DNA from: an uncultured Acidobacteriota bacterium
GTDB lineage: Bacteria; Acidobacteriota; JAQAZP01
Direction of reading: 5' to 3'
Length of the DNA stretch: 64,000 nucleotides
Assembly (NCBI GenBank): GCA_963836075.1
Contig: CAWIIB010000009.1
Span: 3,424,001 to 3,488,000, forward strand
The position numbers and the translations under genes were made by a program. Shown here in pieces: positions 17,506-27,118 of the stretch (its first letter is position 1; each line of letters opens with the position of its first letter). Below the pieces are notes generated by a model. The model had not been told where the DNA came from. It did not search any database and worked only from the letters and a program-made list of their open reading frames with translations.

Positions 17506-18719
17506 ACGAACCTGCGACCCGGGCAGCGATACCCCTGGCCGTTGTGGGCTGCGACTTCCGCGTCGCCTCGTCCCGCTACCGCTCCCGGCTGGTGCTCACC
17601 GAGGAGGAGGCGCTGGGAATGGCGCTGGACCTGTCTCGCACCGCCGCCGCCGACGGCTTTGCCGACCTGGCCACCTGCAACCGCAACGAGTGGATCGTCA
17701 CCGGTCCGGACCCGGCCTGGGCGGTTCAGCTGCTCCGGGGCCGGATGGTGAAGCGGCTGCCCCGCGGAGTGGTCCGCCGGGTGGAGCCCTATCTCTACCA
17801 GGGCCGGGAAGCGGCACTGCACCTCTTCCGGGTGGCGGTGGGCCGCGAGTCGCTGGTGGTGGGGGAGAGGCAGATCGCCGGTCAGTTTTTCGGCGCCCTG
17901 GAGTCGGCCCGGGAGCGCGGCACATCTTCCCGCACGCTCAACGGCCTGGGCTCCATCGCCGGCCGCCTGGTGCACATCGCCGACCGGCGCTGCTGCCTGG
18001 GGGACCGGGCCCGGGGAATCCACGGCCTGGCCCTGAGCTACCTCCGGCAGCGCTTTGACGAGGATCAGCGGTGCCGGGTGGTGGTGGCCGGGCTGGGCGC
18101 CATCGGCAAACTGGTCCGGGGCCTGCTGGAGCAGGACCCGCGGTTTGAAGTCCTGACCTGCAACCGCACCGTCCCCCAGCCGAACAACGGCAATGTGCTG
18201 CCGCTGGACCAGCTGCCCCGGTTGCTGGACGACGCGGATGCAATGGTGGTCTGCACCGGTGCTCCCGGCCCGGTGGTGCGCGAAGATATGCTGGCTCCGC
18301 GGCCGCCCGAGCGACCGCTGCAGCTGCTCGACCTTGGTGTTCCCGAGCAGGTGGAGCGCAGCCTGCCGGAAGGGGTGACCCGGGCCGGTCTGGACGAACT
18401 GACCGCCGAAGCAGGCGCCGGAGTCAACTGTGCCGTGGAATCGGAAGCCGACCAGCTGGTGCTGCGCGCGGCCAGCGAGTTCGCCCGGTTTTGCGGCGAG
18501 CCGGAATATGCCGAGATCCTCTCCGTCGTGCAGGAACACCACGAGCAGGTGCTGCACGAGGAGATCCCCCACCTGGTGGCCGGCCGTCTGGGCTACCTCA
18601 GCGATGACGACCGGGCACGGGTCGAGGCCGACCTGGACGGCATCCTGCACCACCACACCAGCACGCTGTTCAAGCAGATCCGCACGCGGTGCGGCAGACG
18701 GACAGATGAAGAGCAGTAA
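17502..18719 (+). CDS. hemA: Glutamyl-tRNA reductase
   Basis: TCNRNE catalytic Cys, HLFRVAVGRESLVVGERQIAGQ, GLGAIG, LDLGVP. Confidence 0.9.
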   Translation: MNEPATRAAIPLAVVGCDFRVASSRYRSRLVLTEEEALGMALDLSRTAAADGFADLATCNRNEWIVTGPDPAWAVQLLRGRMVKRLPRGVVRRVEPYLYQGREAALHLFRVAVGRESLVVGERQIAGQFFGALESARERGTSSRTLNGLGSIAGRLVHIADRRCCLGDRARGIHGLALSYLRQRFDEDQRCRVVVAGLGAIGKLVRGLLEQDPRFEVLTCNRTVPQPNNGNVLPLDQLPRLLDDADAMVVCTGAPGPVVREDMLAPRPPERPLQLLDLGVPEQVERSLPEGVTRAGLDELTAEAGAGVNCAVESEADQLVLRAASEFARFCGEPEYAEILSVVQEHHEQVLHEEIPHLVAGRLGYLSDDDRARVEADLDGILHHHTSTLFKQIRTRCGRRTDEEQ

Positions 18720-18721
18720 AA

Positions 18722-18819
18722 CGGTGACTGTCACCGGGTGATTTCCGCTCTCGCGGTCAGCGGCTATTTGTGAAAAAATAGGTGACTGTCACCGCTTTCA
18801 AACAGTGCCAGGCACCTGT
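18722..18819. repeat. Cluster of short palindromic REP-like units
   Basis: CGGTGACTGTCACCG 18722-18736; GGTGACTGTCACC 18781-18793; ACAGTGCCAGGCACCTGT 18802-18819. Confidence 0.75.
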
Positions 18820-18833
18820 ATCGAGGCGCATCC

Positions 18834-19972
18834 ATGGAACACGGGCGCGGGTATCACATTCTGTTCGGGGTCACGCTCCTCGCCCTGCTGGCCCTCGGCA
18901 GCTGGTGGACGGTTTTTTTCATGCGGTCGGTGGAGATGGAGACGATGTCCGCCATGGAAAAGCTGCGCCACCGTGCCGAACTGACGGCTGTGCACCTGGG
19001 TGCTGCCGGCGCCCAACCGAAAACCGGGCCGGTGAGTGGCGAAGTGGAGCTGGAGGTGATCCGGCTGCCGAACCGGGACGAGGGCGACATGTCCGTCACC
19101 ACCCTTCCCGGTCACCCCGGGTATGCCGTGCGCCCATCCCGGATGGCGGTGAGCCGGATCGAGGAACGGAATCGACGGCGTCGCAAAATGGTCACCGGCG
19201 AGGGCGTCCTGCTCTTCTCGCTGCTGGCCATCTGCACCGTGATGCTCTACCGCCAGGTGCGGCAGCAGCGGCTGCAGATGAACCGCATGGAAAACTTTAT
19301 CGCCGCGGTGAGCCACGAGATGAAGACGCCGCTCACCGGGATCAAGTCGATGCTCCAGACCTTTGTCGAGGGGCGGGTTCCGGATGACCAGCGGAACAGG
19401 CTCTTTGCCATGGGCCTCAAGGAGGCCGAACGCCTGGAGCACACCATCGAGAATGTCCTGCTCACCGGCCGGCTGCGGGCGGCGCAGCTGGAGACCCAGG
19501 TGGAGCTTGTTTCGCTGCGCACGGTGCTGGATCGTTTCGTGGTCCACCGGAGGAGGACGCTGGCCGACCGGCCCGAATCGCTGGGCCTGGACTGGGACGC
19601 GGAAGGGGAGCTGCACGTGGAGGCCGACAGCTCCGCCCTGCGGCTGATCCTGGACAACCTCACCGACAACGCCTATAAGTATGGCGGCCCCCAGCCGGTG
19701 GTGACCATCCGTGTCCGCCGGGAGGCGGGACAGGCTCTGGTGGCGGTGGAAGACCGGGGGATCGGTTTCCCCCCGAGAAGGCGGAGCAGTTGTTCACCCC
19801 GTTCCAGCGCACGTCCGAGGCGGTGGATGCGGTGCAGCACGGAACGGGCCTCGGGTTGTCCATCGCCCGCACACTGGCCCGCCGGATGGGCGGGCAACTG
19901 ACCGCGGAAAGCGACGGGCCGGGTACAGGCAGCCGTTTCACACTGCGGTTGAAGGAGGCACAGGTATCGTGA
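18834..19972 (+). CDS. Membrane sensor histidine kinase (apparent -1 indel at C-run 19769-19774)
   Basis: Two TM helices, SHEMKTPL H-box, NLTDNAYKY, DRGIGF. One extra C continues into EKAEQLFTPFQR..GTGLGLSI..GPGTGSRF, ending at 19972 and overlapping the response regulator start. Confidence 0.88.
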
Positions 19973-20661
19973 GCGTCAAGGTTCTGCTGGTGGAAGACGA
20001 GGAACTGGTGGGCACCATGGTGCGGATGAACCTGGAGGGCGAGGGCTTCCAGGTCTCCTGGGTCCGTGACGGGGAGGATGGCCTGGCTGCCGGAATGCGC
20101 GAGCAGTTCGACCTGATCCTGCTGGACATCGCCCTGCCCGGGAGAAATGGTCTGGAGCTGCTGGCCGACCTGCGGGGCGCCGGGGTTTCCACACCGGTGC
20201 TGATGCTCACCGCCCGCACCGAGGTCAAGGTCAAGGTGGAGGCGCTGGACCGCGGTGCCGACGACTACCTGGCCAAGCCGTTCGACGTCTCCGAACTCCT
20301 GGCCCGGGTCCGCGCCCTGGTGCGGCGCTCCCAGTCCGAGCGGGAACTGCCCTCGGATCGCATCATCCGTTTCGGCGAACAGTACGAGATCAACCTCGAC
20401 ACCCGCGAAGCCCGGACCAACGAGGGGCTGGTGACCCTCTCCGAAAAGGAAGCGGCGCTGATGCGGATGCTGGTCAGTTTCCAGGGCCAGCCTCTCCCGC
20501 GGGCCGACATGATCGAAGAGGTCTGGGGGATGGACAAGTTTCCCACCGGCCGCACCGTGGACAACTTCATCCTCCGCCTGCGCCGCTGGTTCGAGGTGGA
20601 GCCGGAACGGCCGCGCCACATCCTCACCGTCCGCGGTGTGGGCTACCGTTTTGTCCCCTGA
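19969..20661 (+). CDS. OmpR/PhoB-family response regulator
   Basis: VLLVEDE, LLDIALP, MLTA, GADDYLAKPF, RTVDNFILRLR, TVRGVGYRF; GTG start after RBS GGAGG. Confidence 0.93.
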   Translation: MSVKVLLVEDEELVGTMVRMNLEGEGFQVSWVRDGEDGLAAGMREQFDLILLDIALPGRNGLELLADLRGAGVSTPVLMLTARTEVKVKVEALDRGADDYLAKPFDVSELLARVRALVRRSQSERELPSDRIIRFGEQYEINLDTREARTNEGLVTLSEKEAALMRMLVSFQGQPLPRADMIEEVWGMDKFPTGRTVDNFILRLRRWFEVEPERPRHILTVRGVGYRFVP

Positions 20662-22259
20662 GCTGCGGTTTTCGCCCTGCCACGGCCCTGCGGCAGCACC
20701 TTCAGCAACTGGACGGTCTTCGGCGACTTCCCCCCTGGCCGTTCGCGGTGCACCAGCTTCAGCTGGTCCCGCGGCAGTTCGCCCCGGAACTGCAGCCGCG
20801 AATCCCAGCGCTTCTGCGGCGGCATACTCAGGTCGGGCCCGTCGTAGTCGGCGATGTATCCGATCCCCTGGCTTCTGATGTAGTCGATCACCGGCAACTG
20901 CTCCTTGAGCCGCAGGGCATAGGCCTGGTCATTGACCAGGCCGTCGAGGTTCACCACGGAGAGGCCGGAGAAAAAGGCGAGCTGGCCGGCGTTCCACGAC
21001 CCCACCACCGCGTCCGGCGGCAGTTCCGCTGCCATCCAGCGGGCCATGCGGAATCGGCGCTGGTAGAGGTTGTTCGGGTCGGGCAGTTCGGTCATCCGGT
21101 CCACCGCGGTCCAGACGGCCAGGCCGCAGACTGCGGCCAGCAGCAGTATCCCCAGCGGGGCCAGTTTCTCCGGCAACAGGGCCGCCAACCGGCCCAGGGC
21201 CACCGAGGCGCCGATGAGCACCATCACCATCAGCGGGGCGTAGTACCAGCCGAGGCCCGCGAAACGGCCGATGGAAGCGGCCATGATCACCATGTGCAGC
21301 AAACCGGCCAGGGCCACCAGCCCCAGCCGCCAGCGCCAGCGGGCGGCCAGCAGACAGCAGCAGAGGGCGGCGAGGCAGGCCCAGCGCTGCTTGAAGGCTT
21401 TCTGCCGGGGAAACAGCGTCTCCAGAGGGGCCGAGACCATCCGCGAGGCGCTGTTGGCCGCCTTGCGGAACCAGGTGGTGAACGTCTTTTCCGCGTGCAC
21501 CGGGCCGAGGTAGTCCGGGCCCAGTTCCTGCTGCTGATAGATGGTCTTCACCCGGCCCGACACCGGCAGGTGGTGGTCGAAGCTCACCAGGTTCCAGCCG
21601 AGGTAGGCGGCGAGGATCAGCAGCAGCGGCAGGCCCAGTCGAAGCAGATCCTTCCCGCGGCGGGGCCGGGCGGCCAGCAGGCCGGCCCCGGCAAAGACGA
21701 TGGCGTCCAGGCGGCAGAGCACCAGCAGGCCGCCCAGCAGCGACAGACGCAGCGGTGGCACCTTGTCACGGAGCAGCTGGTCCAGAAAGACGGTGAAGAC
21801 CAGCAGGTAGAGGCTGGTCTCCATGGCCGAGAGGAACGGTTTCCAGGTGGAGAGCATCCAGATCCAGCCCACCAGCAGGGGCAGGGCCACCCGGCGGCCG
21901 CCCAACCGTGAACCGATGCGGTAGAGCATGACGGTGCTCCCCAGGTTGAGCAGGGCACAGAGGCCCAGCGAGGCACGGAGAAAGAGCACCGGTTCGCGCA
22001 CCAGCGCGGCCAGGGGGACCATGCAGAAGAGCCACAGCGGCTGGAACCCGTTGGTGCGGTGGATGCCGTCAAAAGTGAAGCCCTCACCCATCCCCACGTT
22101 CCAGGCCACCTGCAGGTAGAGGTAGGTGTCATCGATGGTGAAGTTGTCGATCAGGCGCGGCAGGTCGATGACGCAGGCTCCGAACTGCAAAACGGCCAGG
22201 ATGACCAGAGCCGCGGCCAGCGGCCAGTGGGCTCGGAGTTGGGTGGCCGGCGACGACAT
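20643..22259 (-). CDS. Polytopic membrane protein, GT-C-fold glycosyltransferase-like
   Basis: IDDTYLY..AWN..G.GFTFDG..TNGFQPLW, AMET, RLDA, and C-terminal SWNAG..NLDGLVN; many TM helices. Confidence 0.72.
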   Translation of the reverse strand: MSSPATQLRAHWPLAAALVILAVLQFGACVIDLPRLIDNFTIDDTYLYLQVAWNVGMGEGFTFDGIHRTNGFQPLWLFCMVPLAALVREPVLFLRASLGLCALLNLGSTVMLYRIGSRLGGRRVALPLLVGWIWMLSTWKPFLSAMETSLYLLVFTVFLDQLLRDKVPPLRLSLLGGLLVLCRLDAIVFAGAGLLAARPRRGKDLLRLGLPLLLILAAYLGWNLVSFDHHLPVSGRVKTIYQQQELGPDYLGPVHAEKTFTTWFRKAANSASRMVSAPLETLFPRQKAFKQRWACLAALCCCLLAARWRWRLGLVALAGLLHMVIMAASIGRFAGLGWYYAPLMVMVLIGASVALGRLAALLPEKLAPLGILLLAAVCGLAVWTAVDRMTELPDPNNLYQRRFRMARWMAAELPPDAVVGSWNAGQLAFFSGLSVVNLDGLVNDQAYALRLKEQLPVIDYIRSQGIGYIADYDGPDLSMPPQKRWDSRLQFRGELPRDQLKLVHRERPGGKSPKTVQLLKVLPQGRGRAKTAAQGTKR

Positions 22260-22373
22260 GGTGACCGTAAAGATAAGAAGTGTCGGGAATTCAGGGTGAA
22301 GCGTCATCGTAAGCGCCGCCCCGTGCCTTGTCAACAAACAGCAGGTGATCTACCCTTGCTGAGAGGAACAGGC

Positions 22374-23714
22374 ATGCGCACTCATCCACTATTCATTGCC
22401 GCCGCTCTGCTGGTGCTGCTTTCCCTGTCCGGCTGCGCCGAAACGGAAACCTATGGGCCGGCGCCACAGGAGCCGCCTGACCAGAGCGCTCAGGTGCCGC
22501 CGGCAGAGGGGCGCTGGCACCGGGTCTCCGGCTTTCAGGATACGCCGCCCGACCAGGCGCAGGAGGAGGAGTTGGCCCGTCTGGAGGCCATCGGCTATGT
22601 CACCGGGTCTCGTGCAGCAGGCGGGACCGGCGTCACCATCCACGATCCGGGCCTGGCCGGCCGGGGATACAACCTCTACACCTCGGGTCACGGTCCCGAG
22701 GCGCTGCTCATCGACATGAACGGCCGGGAACTGCACCGCTGGCGATATCCGTATCACAAGATCTGGGGAGCGGACCAGGAGTCGGCTTCGGCAAAGAAAA
22801 AGGGTCGAGGGCCCGGACCAGGACCCGACGTGGCGTACTGGCGCAATGCCCGTCTTCTCCCCAACGGTGATCTGCTGGCCATCTTCGAGGGGCGGGGCCT
22901 GATCAAGCTGGACAAGGATTCCAACCTGCTCTGGGCCAGCCGCTGTGGCGCCCACCACGACCTGGACCTGCTGGACAATGGCGACATCCTGGTGCTGACC
23001 CGTGAAGCCCGAACCAATCCGCTGGTCAGCGAGGACCAACTGATCCTCGAGGACTTTATCGCCACCATCGGTGCGGGGGGTGAGATGAAGCACCGTATTT
23101 CACTGCTGGAGTGCTTTGCCCGTGCGCCGCGCTATGAAGACATCTGGCGTGCCTCGGAAAACGAGACCGGCGACATCTTCCACACCAATACCCTCTTCCT
23201 GCTGCGCGATCCACCGGCCGGTGCACTGCCCGCCTTTACAGCCGGCCGGGTACTCACGTCGATGAAGTGCCTCAACGCACTGGCCGTGGTGGACCTCGAA
23301 CAGGAAAAGGTGGTCTGGGCCAGAACCGGCCGCTTCAAGGCCCAGCACGACCCCCGGCTGCTGGCCAACGGCAACCTGTTGCTCTTCGACAACCTGGGCG
23401 TTCCCGGCCGCTCACGGGTCCTGGAATTCGACCTGGAGACCTGGAGGCCTGTCTGGTCTTACCGCGGCACCGCCGAGCACCCGTTCTTCAGTGAAACCTG
23501 CGGCACCTGCCAGCGGCTGGACAACGGCAACACCCTGGTCACCGAATCGGACGGCGGCCGGGCCTTCGAGGTAACCCCCGGCGGCGAGATCGTTTGGCAG
23601 TTCTGGAATCCCCACCGTGCCGGCGACAGGGGCCAGTTCATCGCCAGCCTCTTCACCGTCAGGCGGCTCGATTCCGACTTTCCCGTCCACTGGGCATCCG
23701 GCGGCCCTCCTTGA
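22374..23714 (+). CDS. Arylsulfotransferase (ASST) family lipoprotein
   Basis: Lipobox LSGC, HHD, DIFHTN, QHDP, LLFDN, QRLDNGNTLVTES motifs. Confidence 0.85.
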   Translation: MRTHPLFIAAALLVLLSLSGCAETETYGPAPQEPPDQSAQVPPAEGRWHRVSGFQDTPPDQAQEEELARLEAIGYVTGSRAAGGTGVTIHDPGLAGRGYNLYTSGHGPEALLIDMNGRELHRWRYPYHKIWGADQESASAKKKGRGPGPGPDVAYWRNARLLPNGDLLAIFEGRGLIKLDKDSNLLWASRCGAHHDLDLLDNGDILVLTREARTNPLVSEDQLILEDFIATIGAGGEMKHRISLLECFARAPRYEDIWRASENETGDIFHTNTLFLLRDPPAGALPAFTAGRVLTSMKCLNALAVVDLEQEKVVWARTGRFKAQHDPRLLANGNLLLFDNLGVPGRSRVLEFDLETWRPVWSYRGTAEHPFFSETCGTCQRLDNGNTLVTESDGGRAFEVTPGGEIVWQFWNPHRAGDRGQFIASLFTVRRLDSDFPVHWASGGPP

Positions 23715-23865
23715 CGGCGGAGGGGCCTCATGTTAGAAATCTCTCCTGAGTTGAACGATCATTAATCATTAGCATTTTCTACTGTTTCCGCAGTGAACCC
23801 CCGCGGGCGGTCCGGTGCGGTACCGGCCGGGAATCGGCGGACGATTGACATTGAGGAGGAGGGGC

Positions 23866-24798
23866 ATGTCCAGGAATCAGGTGGCGGGACGGCGTTCGGT
23901 GTTGTCCGGGAGACCTTGGAGAGCCGGTCTGTGGCGGCTGGGTGTGGCACTGGTGGCGGCCGTCATGCTGCTGGCCCCGGCGGCCTGCCGTAAAGCGCGG
24001 AGCAATATGGATGTTCGTCCGGAAGCCCGGCAGCTCCACGGAACCATTCCAGCCAGCGGTCCCCTGGAAGTGACCTACATCTGGAACGTCAGCGAGGACT
24101 TTGTCCCGGTGGACCAGGACTTTGCGGTTTTCGTCCATTTCTGGGGTGAGGATGACGAACTGTACTGGCAGGACGACCACCGTCCCCCGGTGCCCACCAG
24201 CCGCTGGCAACCGGGGCAGACCATCGAATACACCCGGATCCACTTCCTGCCCCGCAATATCCCGCAGGATGAAATGACCCTGACCCTGGGCCTCTACGAC
24301 GTCGACGGGACGGGGGAGAAGGTGCGGCTGGAGGGACGCCAGACCCACAGCCTGGAGTACGAGGTGTGCCGTTTCGAGGTCATCCCCCCGGACCAGCTCC
24401 CCGAGATCGTTTACGAGGACGGGTGGTACAACCGCGAGTTTGTTCCCGGTCAACCAGATGGCGCTGTGTGGCGCTGGAGCCGCCAGGAGGCATTCTGCAA
24501 ACTGGAAAACCCCCGCCGGCCGGCGGCCCTCTACCTCGAGGCGCAGGCCCCCGTGGATCTGCTGGAAACAGCCCAGCTGGTGACCATCGAGATCGCTGGT
24601 GAACAGTTGACCTCGTTCGAGGTCAGCGGTACCGAGCGGTTCCTCAGGAAGTTCCCCATACCGGATCATCTCCTGCGTGACCAGCAGTTTCTGCCGATGA
24701 CCCTCAGGGTGGGGGAATCGGTGGTGCCCAGCGAACTCATCGGCTCCGGTGACGAGCGCGAGCTTGGACTGAAAGTCTACAACCTGTCGCTCTTCTGA
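23866..24798 (+). CDS. Conserved hypothetical lipoprotein
   Basis: Strong RBS, lipobox PAAC, VFVHF..WQDDHRPP..WQPGQT beta-sandwich-like segments; typical coding bias. Confidence 0.75.
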   Translation: MSRNQVAGRRSVLSGRPWRAGLWRLGVALVAAVMLLAPAACRKARSNMDVRPEARQLHGTIPASGPLEVTYIWNVSEDFVPVDQDFAVFVHFWGEDDELYWQDDHRPPVPTSRWQPGQTIEYTRIHFLPRNIPQDEMTLTLGLYDVDGTGEKVRLEGRQTHSLEYEVCRFEVIPPDQLPEIVYEDGWYNREFVPGQPDGAVWRWSRQEAFCKLENPRRPAALYLEAQAPVDLLETAQLVTIEIAGEQLTSFEVSGTERFLRKFPIPDHLLRDQQFLPMTLRVGESVVPSELIGSGDERELGLKVYNLSLF

Positions 24799-24853
24799 CC
24801 GGCACGCCAGCAGAGGCGGCGGCCGGTGTTCCATCTCCAACCGGGGCGGACCG

Positions 24854-26557
24854 ATGCTCGTTCGGCTCACAGTAGACAACCTGGCGATCATCAGCGAGGC
24901 CGATGTGCGCTTCGCCCCGGGGCTGAACGTGATCACCGGTGAGACCGGCGCCGGCAAGTCGATCCTGATGAATGCCCTGGGCTTGCTCACCGGCGGCCGG
25001 GCTCACCGTGACCTGATCCGCACCGGTGAGGGGTCACTGCAGGTGGAGGGGCGGTTCCAGGCCGACAGTTCTCCGGAACTGGGCCCGGAACTGCAGGCGC
25101 TGGGACTGGCTGAAAACGATGGCCTGCTGGAGATCCAGCGGTCGTACACCGCGGCGGGTCGGGGCCGCATACGGGTCGGCGGCCGTCCATGTCCGGCCAG
25201 TGCCTTGCGGCGGATCGGCCGCATCCTGGTTGAGATCCTCGGCCAGCATGACCACCGGTTGCTGCTGGATGTCGATGCGCACCGCGGCCTGCTGGACGAG
25301 TTCGGCGGGCACGGCGACCTGCTGGACAGCTGTGCCGCCGCCCACCAGGAACTGGAGTCGGTGACGGCGCGGCTGCGGTCGCGGCGAATGGACCAGCAGG
25401 AGAAAGCCCGGCGGATCGACTCCCTCACTTTCCAGATCGGCGAGATCGAAGCGCTGCGGCCGCTGCCCAACGAGGACGTGGCCCTGCGTGAAGAAAAGAG
25501 GATCCTGGCCCATGCCGAAGAGCTCAGCCAGCTCTCCCGCGAATCCCACGCCATCCTCGATAACGAGGAGTCCGGGATGCTGGCCGGGCTGGTGCGGGTG
25601 GAGCGGAACCTGCAGCGGCTGGCCGAGATCGACGAAGGGACCAGCGCCCTGGCCGGGCAGTGTTCGGCCCAGCGCCTGGAACTGGAGGACCTGGCGGCTA
25701 CCCTCGGCGACTACGCCCGGGAGAGCGAGTTCGACCCCAACCGGTTGGCCGAGGTGGAGGAACGGCTCTACCAACTGGAGGGGGTGAAGAAAAAATACGG
25801 GCCGGAGCTGACCGACGTGTTGGCGTTCCTCGACACAGCCCGTGATGAACTGGCCTCGCTGCTGCGCCAGGAGGAAGAGGGCGCCGGGCTGGAAGAGCTG
25901 CTGGCCGAGGTCGCCGGGAGGTTTGCCGGCCAGGCAGCCAGGTTGAGCGCCGCACGCACCCGGCAGGCCAGGCGTCTGGAAGAGTCGATGCAGCAGGAAC
26001 TGGCCGGGCTGGCCATGGAAAAGGCTGTCTTTCGGGTGCGGATGTGGCAGGATGAGGAGGTGGCATCGCCGGTGGTGCTGGGCGGCCGGGCGGTGGGCTA
26101 CGACCGGGGCGGGGTGGACCATGCGGAGTTTCTCATCTCCACCAACCCCGGTGAGGAGCCGCGGCCCCTGGCCCGCGTCGCCTCCGGCGGCGAACTGTCC
26201 CGGATCATGCTCGCCCTGCGCAACGTGGCCCGCCCGGAGGCCAGTTCAGGCCGGGTGCTGGTCTTCGACGAGGTTGATGCCGGTATCGGTGGCCGGGTGG
26301 CGCGGGTGGTGGGGCAGAAGCTGAAGGCCATTGCCGGGAAGGACCAGGTGATCTGCATCACCCACCTGCCGCAGATCTGCGCCGTGGCCGACCACCACCT
26401 GGCGGTGCGCAAGTTTGAAAGGTCCGGCCGCACGGTGGTGCAGGTGGAACCGCTGGAGGGCCGGGCGCGTCTCGAGGAGATTGCCCGGATGCTCGGCGGC
26501 GAGGAAACCCCGTCGGCGGAAGTGCTTGAATCGGCCCAGCGGCTGATGGAGGGTTGA
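24854..26557 (+). CDS. recN: DNA repair protein RecN
   Basis: TGETGAGKS, GQHD, ASGGELSR, VFDEVDAG, CITHLPQ. Confidence 0.97.
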   Translation: MLVRLTVDNLAIISEADVRFAPGLNVITGETGAGKSILMNALGLLTGGRAHRDLIRTGEGSLQVEGRFQADSSPELGPELQALGLAENDGLLEIQRSYTAAGRGRIRVGGRPCPASALRRIGRILVEILGQHDHRLLLDVDAHRGLLDEFGGHGDLLDSCAAAHQELESVTARLRSRRMDQQEKARRIDSLTFQIGEIEALRPLPNEDVALREEKRILAHAEELSQLSRESHAILDNEESGMLAGLVRVERNLQRLAEIDEGTSALAGQCSAQRLELEDLAATLGDYARESEFDPNRLAEVEERLYQLEGVKKKYGPELTDVLAFLDTARDELASLLRQEEEGAGLEELLAEVAGRFAGQAARLSAARTRQARRLEESMQQELAGLAMEKAVFRVRMWQDEEVASPVVLGGRAVGYDRGGVDHAEFLISTNPGEEPRPLARVASGGELSRIMLALRNVARPEASSGRVLVFDEVDAGIGGRVARVVGQKLKAIAGKDQVICITHLPQICAVADHHLAVRKFERSGRTVVQVEPLEGRARLEEIARMLGGEETPSAEVLESAQRLMEG

Positions 26558-26575
26558 CAACGTGGAGATATCCCG

Positions 26576-27097
26576 ATGAAGAAGAAAATCGCCGTCTATG
26601 CCGGCACCTTTGATCCCCTGACCCTCGGCCACCTCGATATCATCCAGCGCAGCCGGCTGATCTTCGACGAGATGGTGGTGGCCCTGCTGAGCAACCCGGG
26701 CAAGGAACCGTTGTTCTCCGTGGAGGAGCGCCGTTCGATGATCGCCGAGTCGTGCGCCACCATGCCCAACGTCCGGGTGGAGGCCTTTGACGGCCTGCTG
26801 GTGGATTTTGCCCGTCAGATGGGGGCCGGGGTGATCATCCGCGGCATTCGCGCGGTGAGCGACTACGAGTACGAATTGCAGATGGCCCTGATGAACCGCA
26901 AGCTGGATGAAACCATCGAGACCATTTTCATGCTGCCGGGAGAGATGTACAACTTTGTCAGTTCCCGGCTGGTCAAGGAGGTGGCATCCCTGGGCGGCAG
27001 CGTGGAGGGCTTGATGCCGCCGCACATCGAGAAGCTGCTTCTCGAGCGGATTCCCGCCTGGAAGGAGAAGAGTTCGCGCCAGGACGACCTGCTGTGA
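26576..27097 (+). CDS. coaD: Phosphopantetheine adenylyltransferase
   Basis: YAGTFDPLTLGH, RGIRAVSDYEYE, VSSRLVKE. Confidence 0.97.
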   Translation: MKKKIAVYAGTFDPLTLGHLDIIQRSRLIFDEMVVALLSNPGKEPLFSVEERRSMIAESCATMPNVRVEAFDGLLVDFARQMGAGVIIRGIRAVSDYEYELQMALMNRKLDETIETIFMLPGEMYNFVSSRLVKEVASLGGSVEGLMPPHIEKLLLERIPAWKEKSSRQDDLL

Positions 27098-27118
27098 TCT
27101 GAACCGGGGAGACCGACC

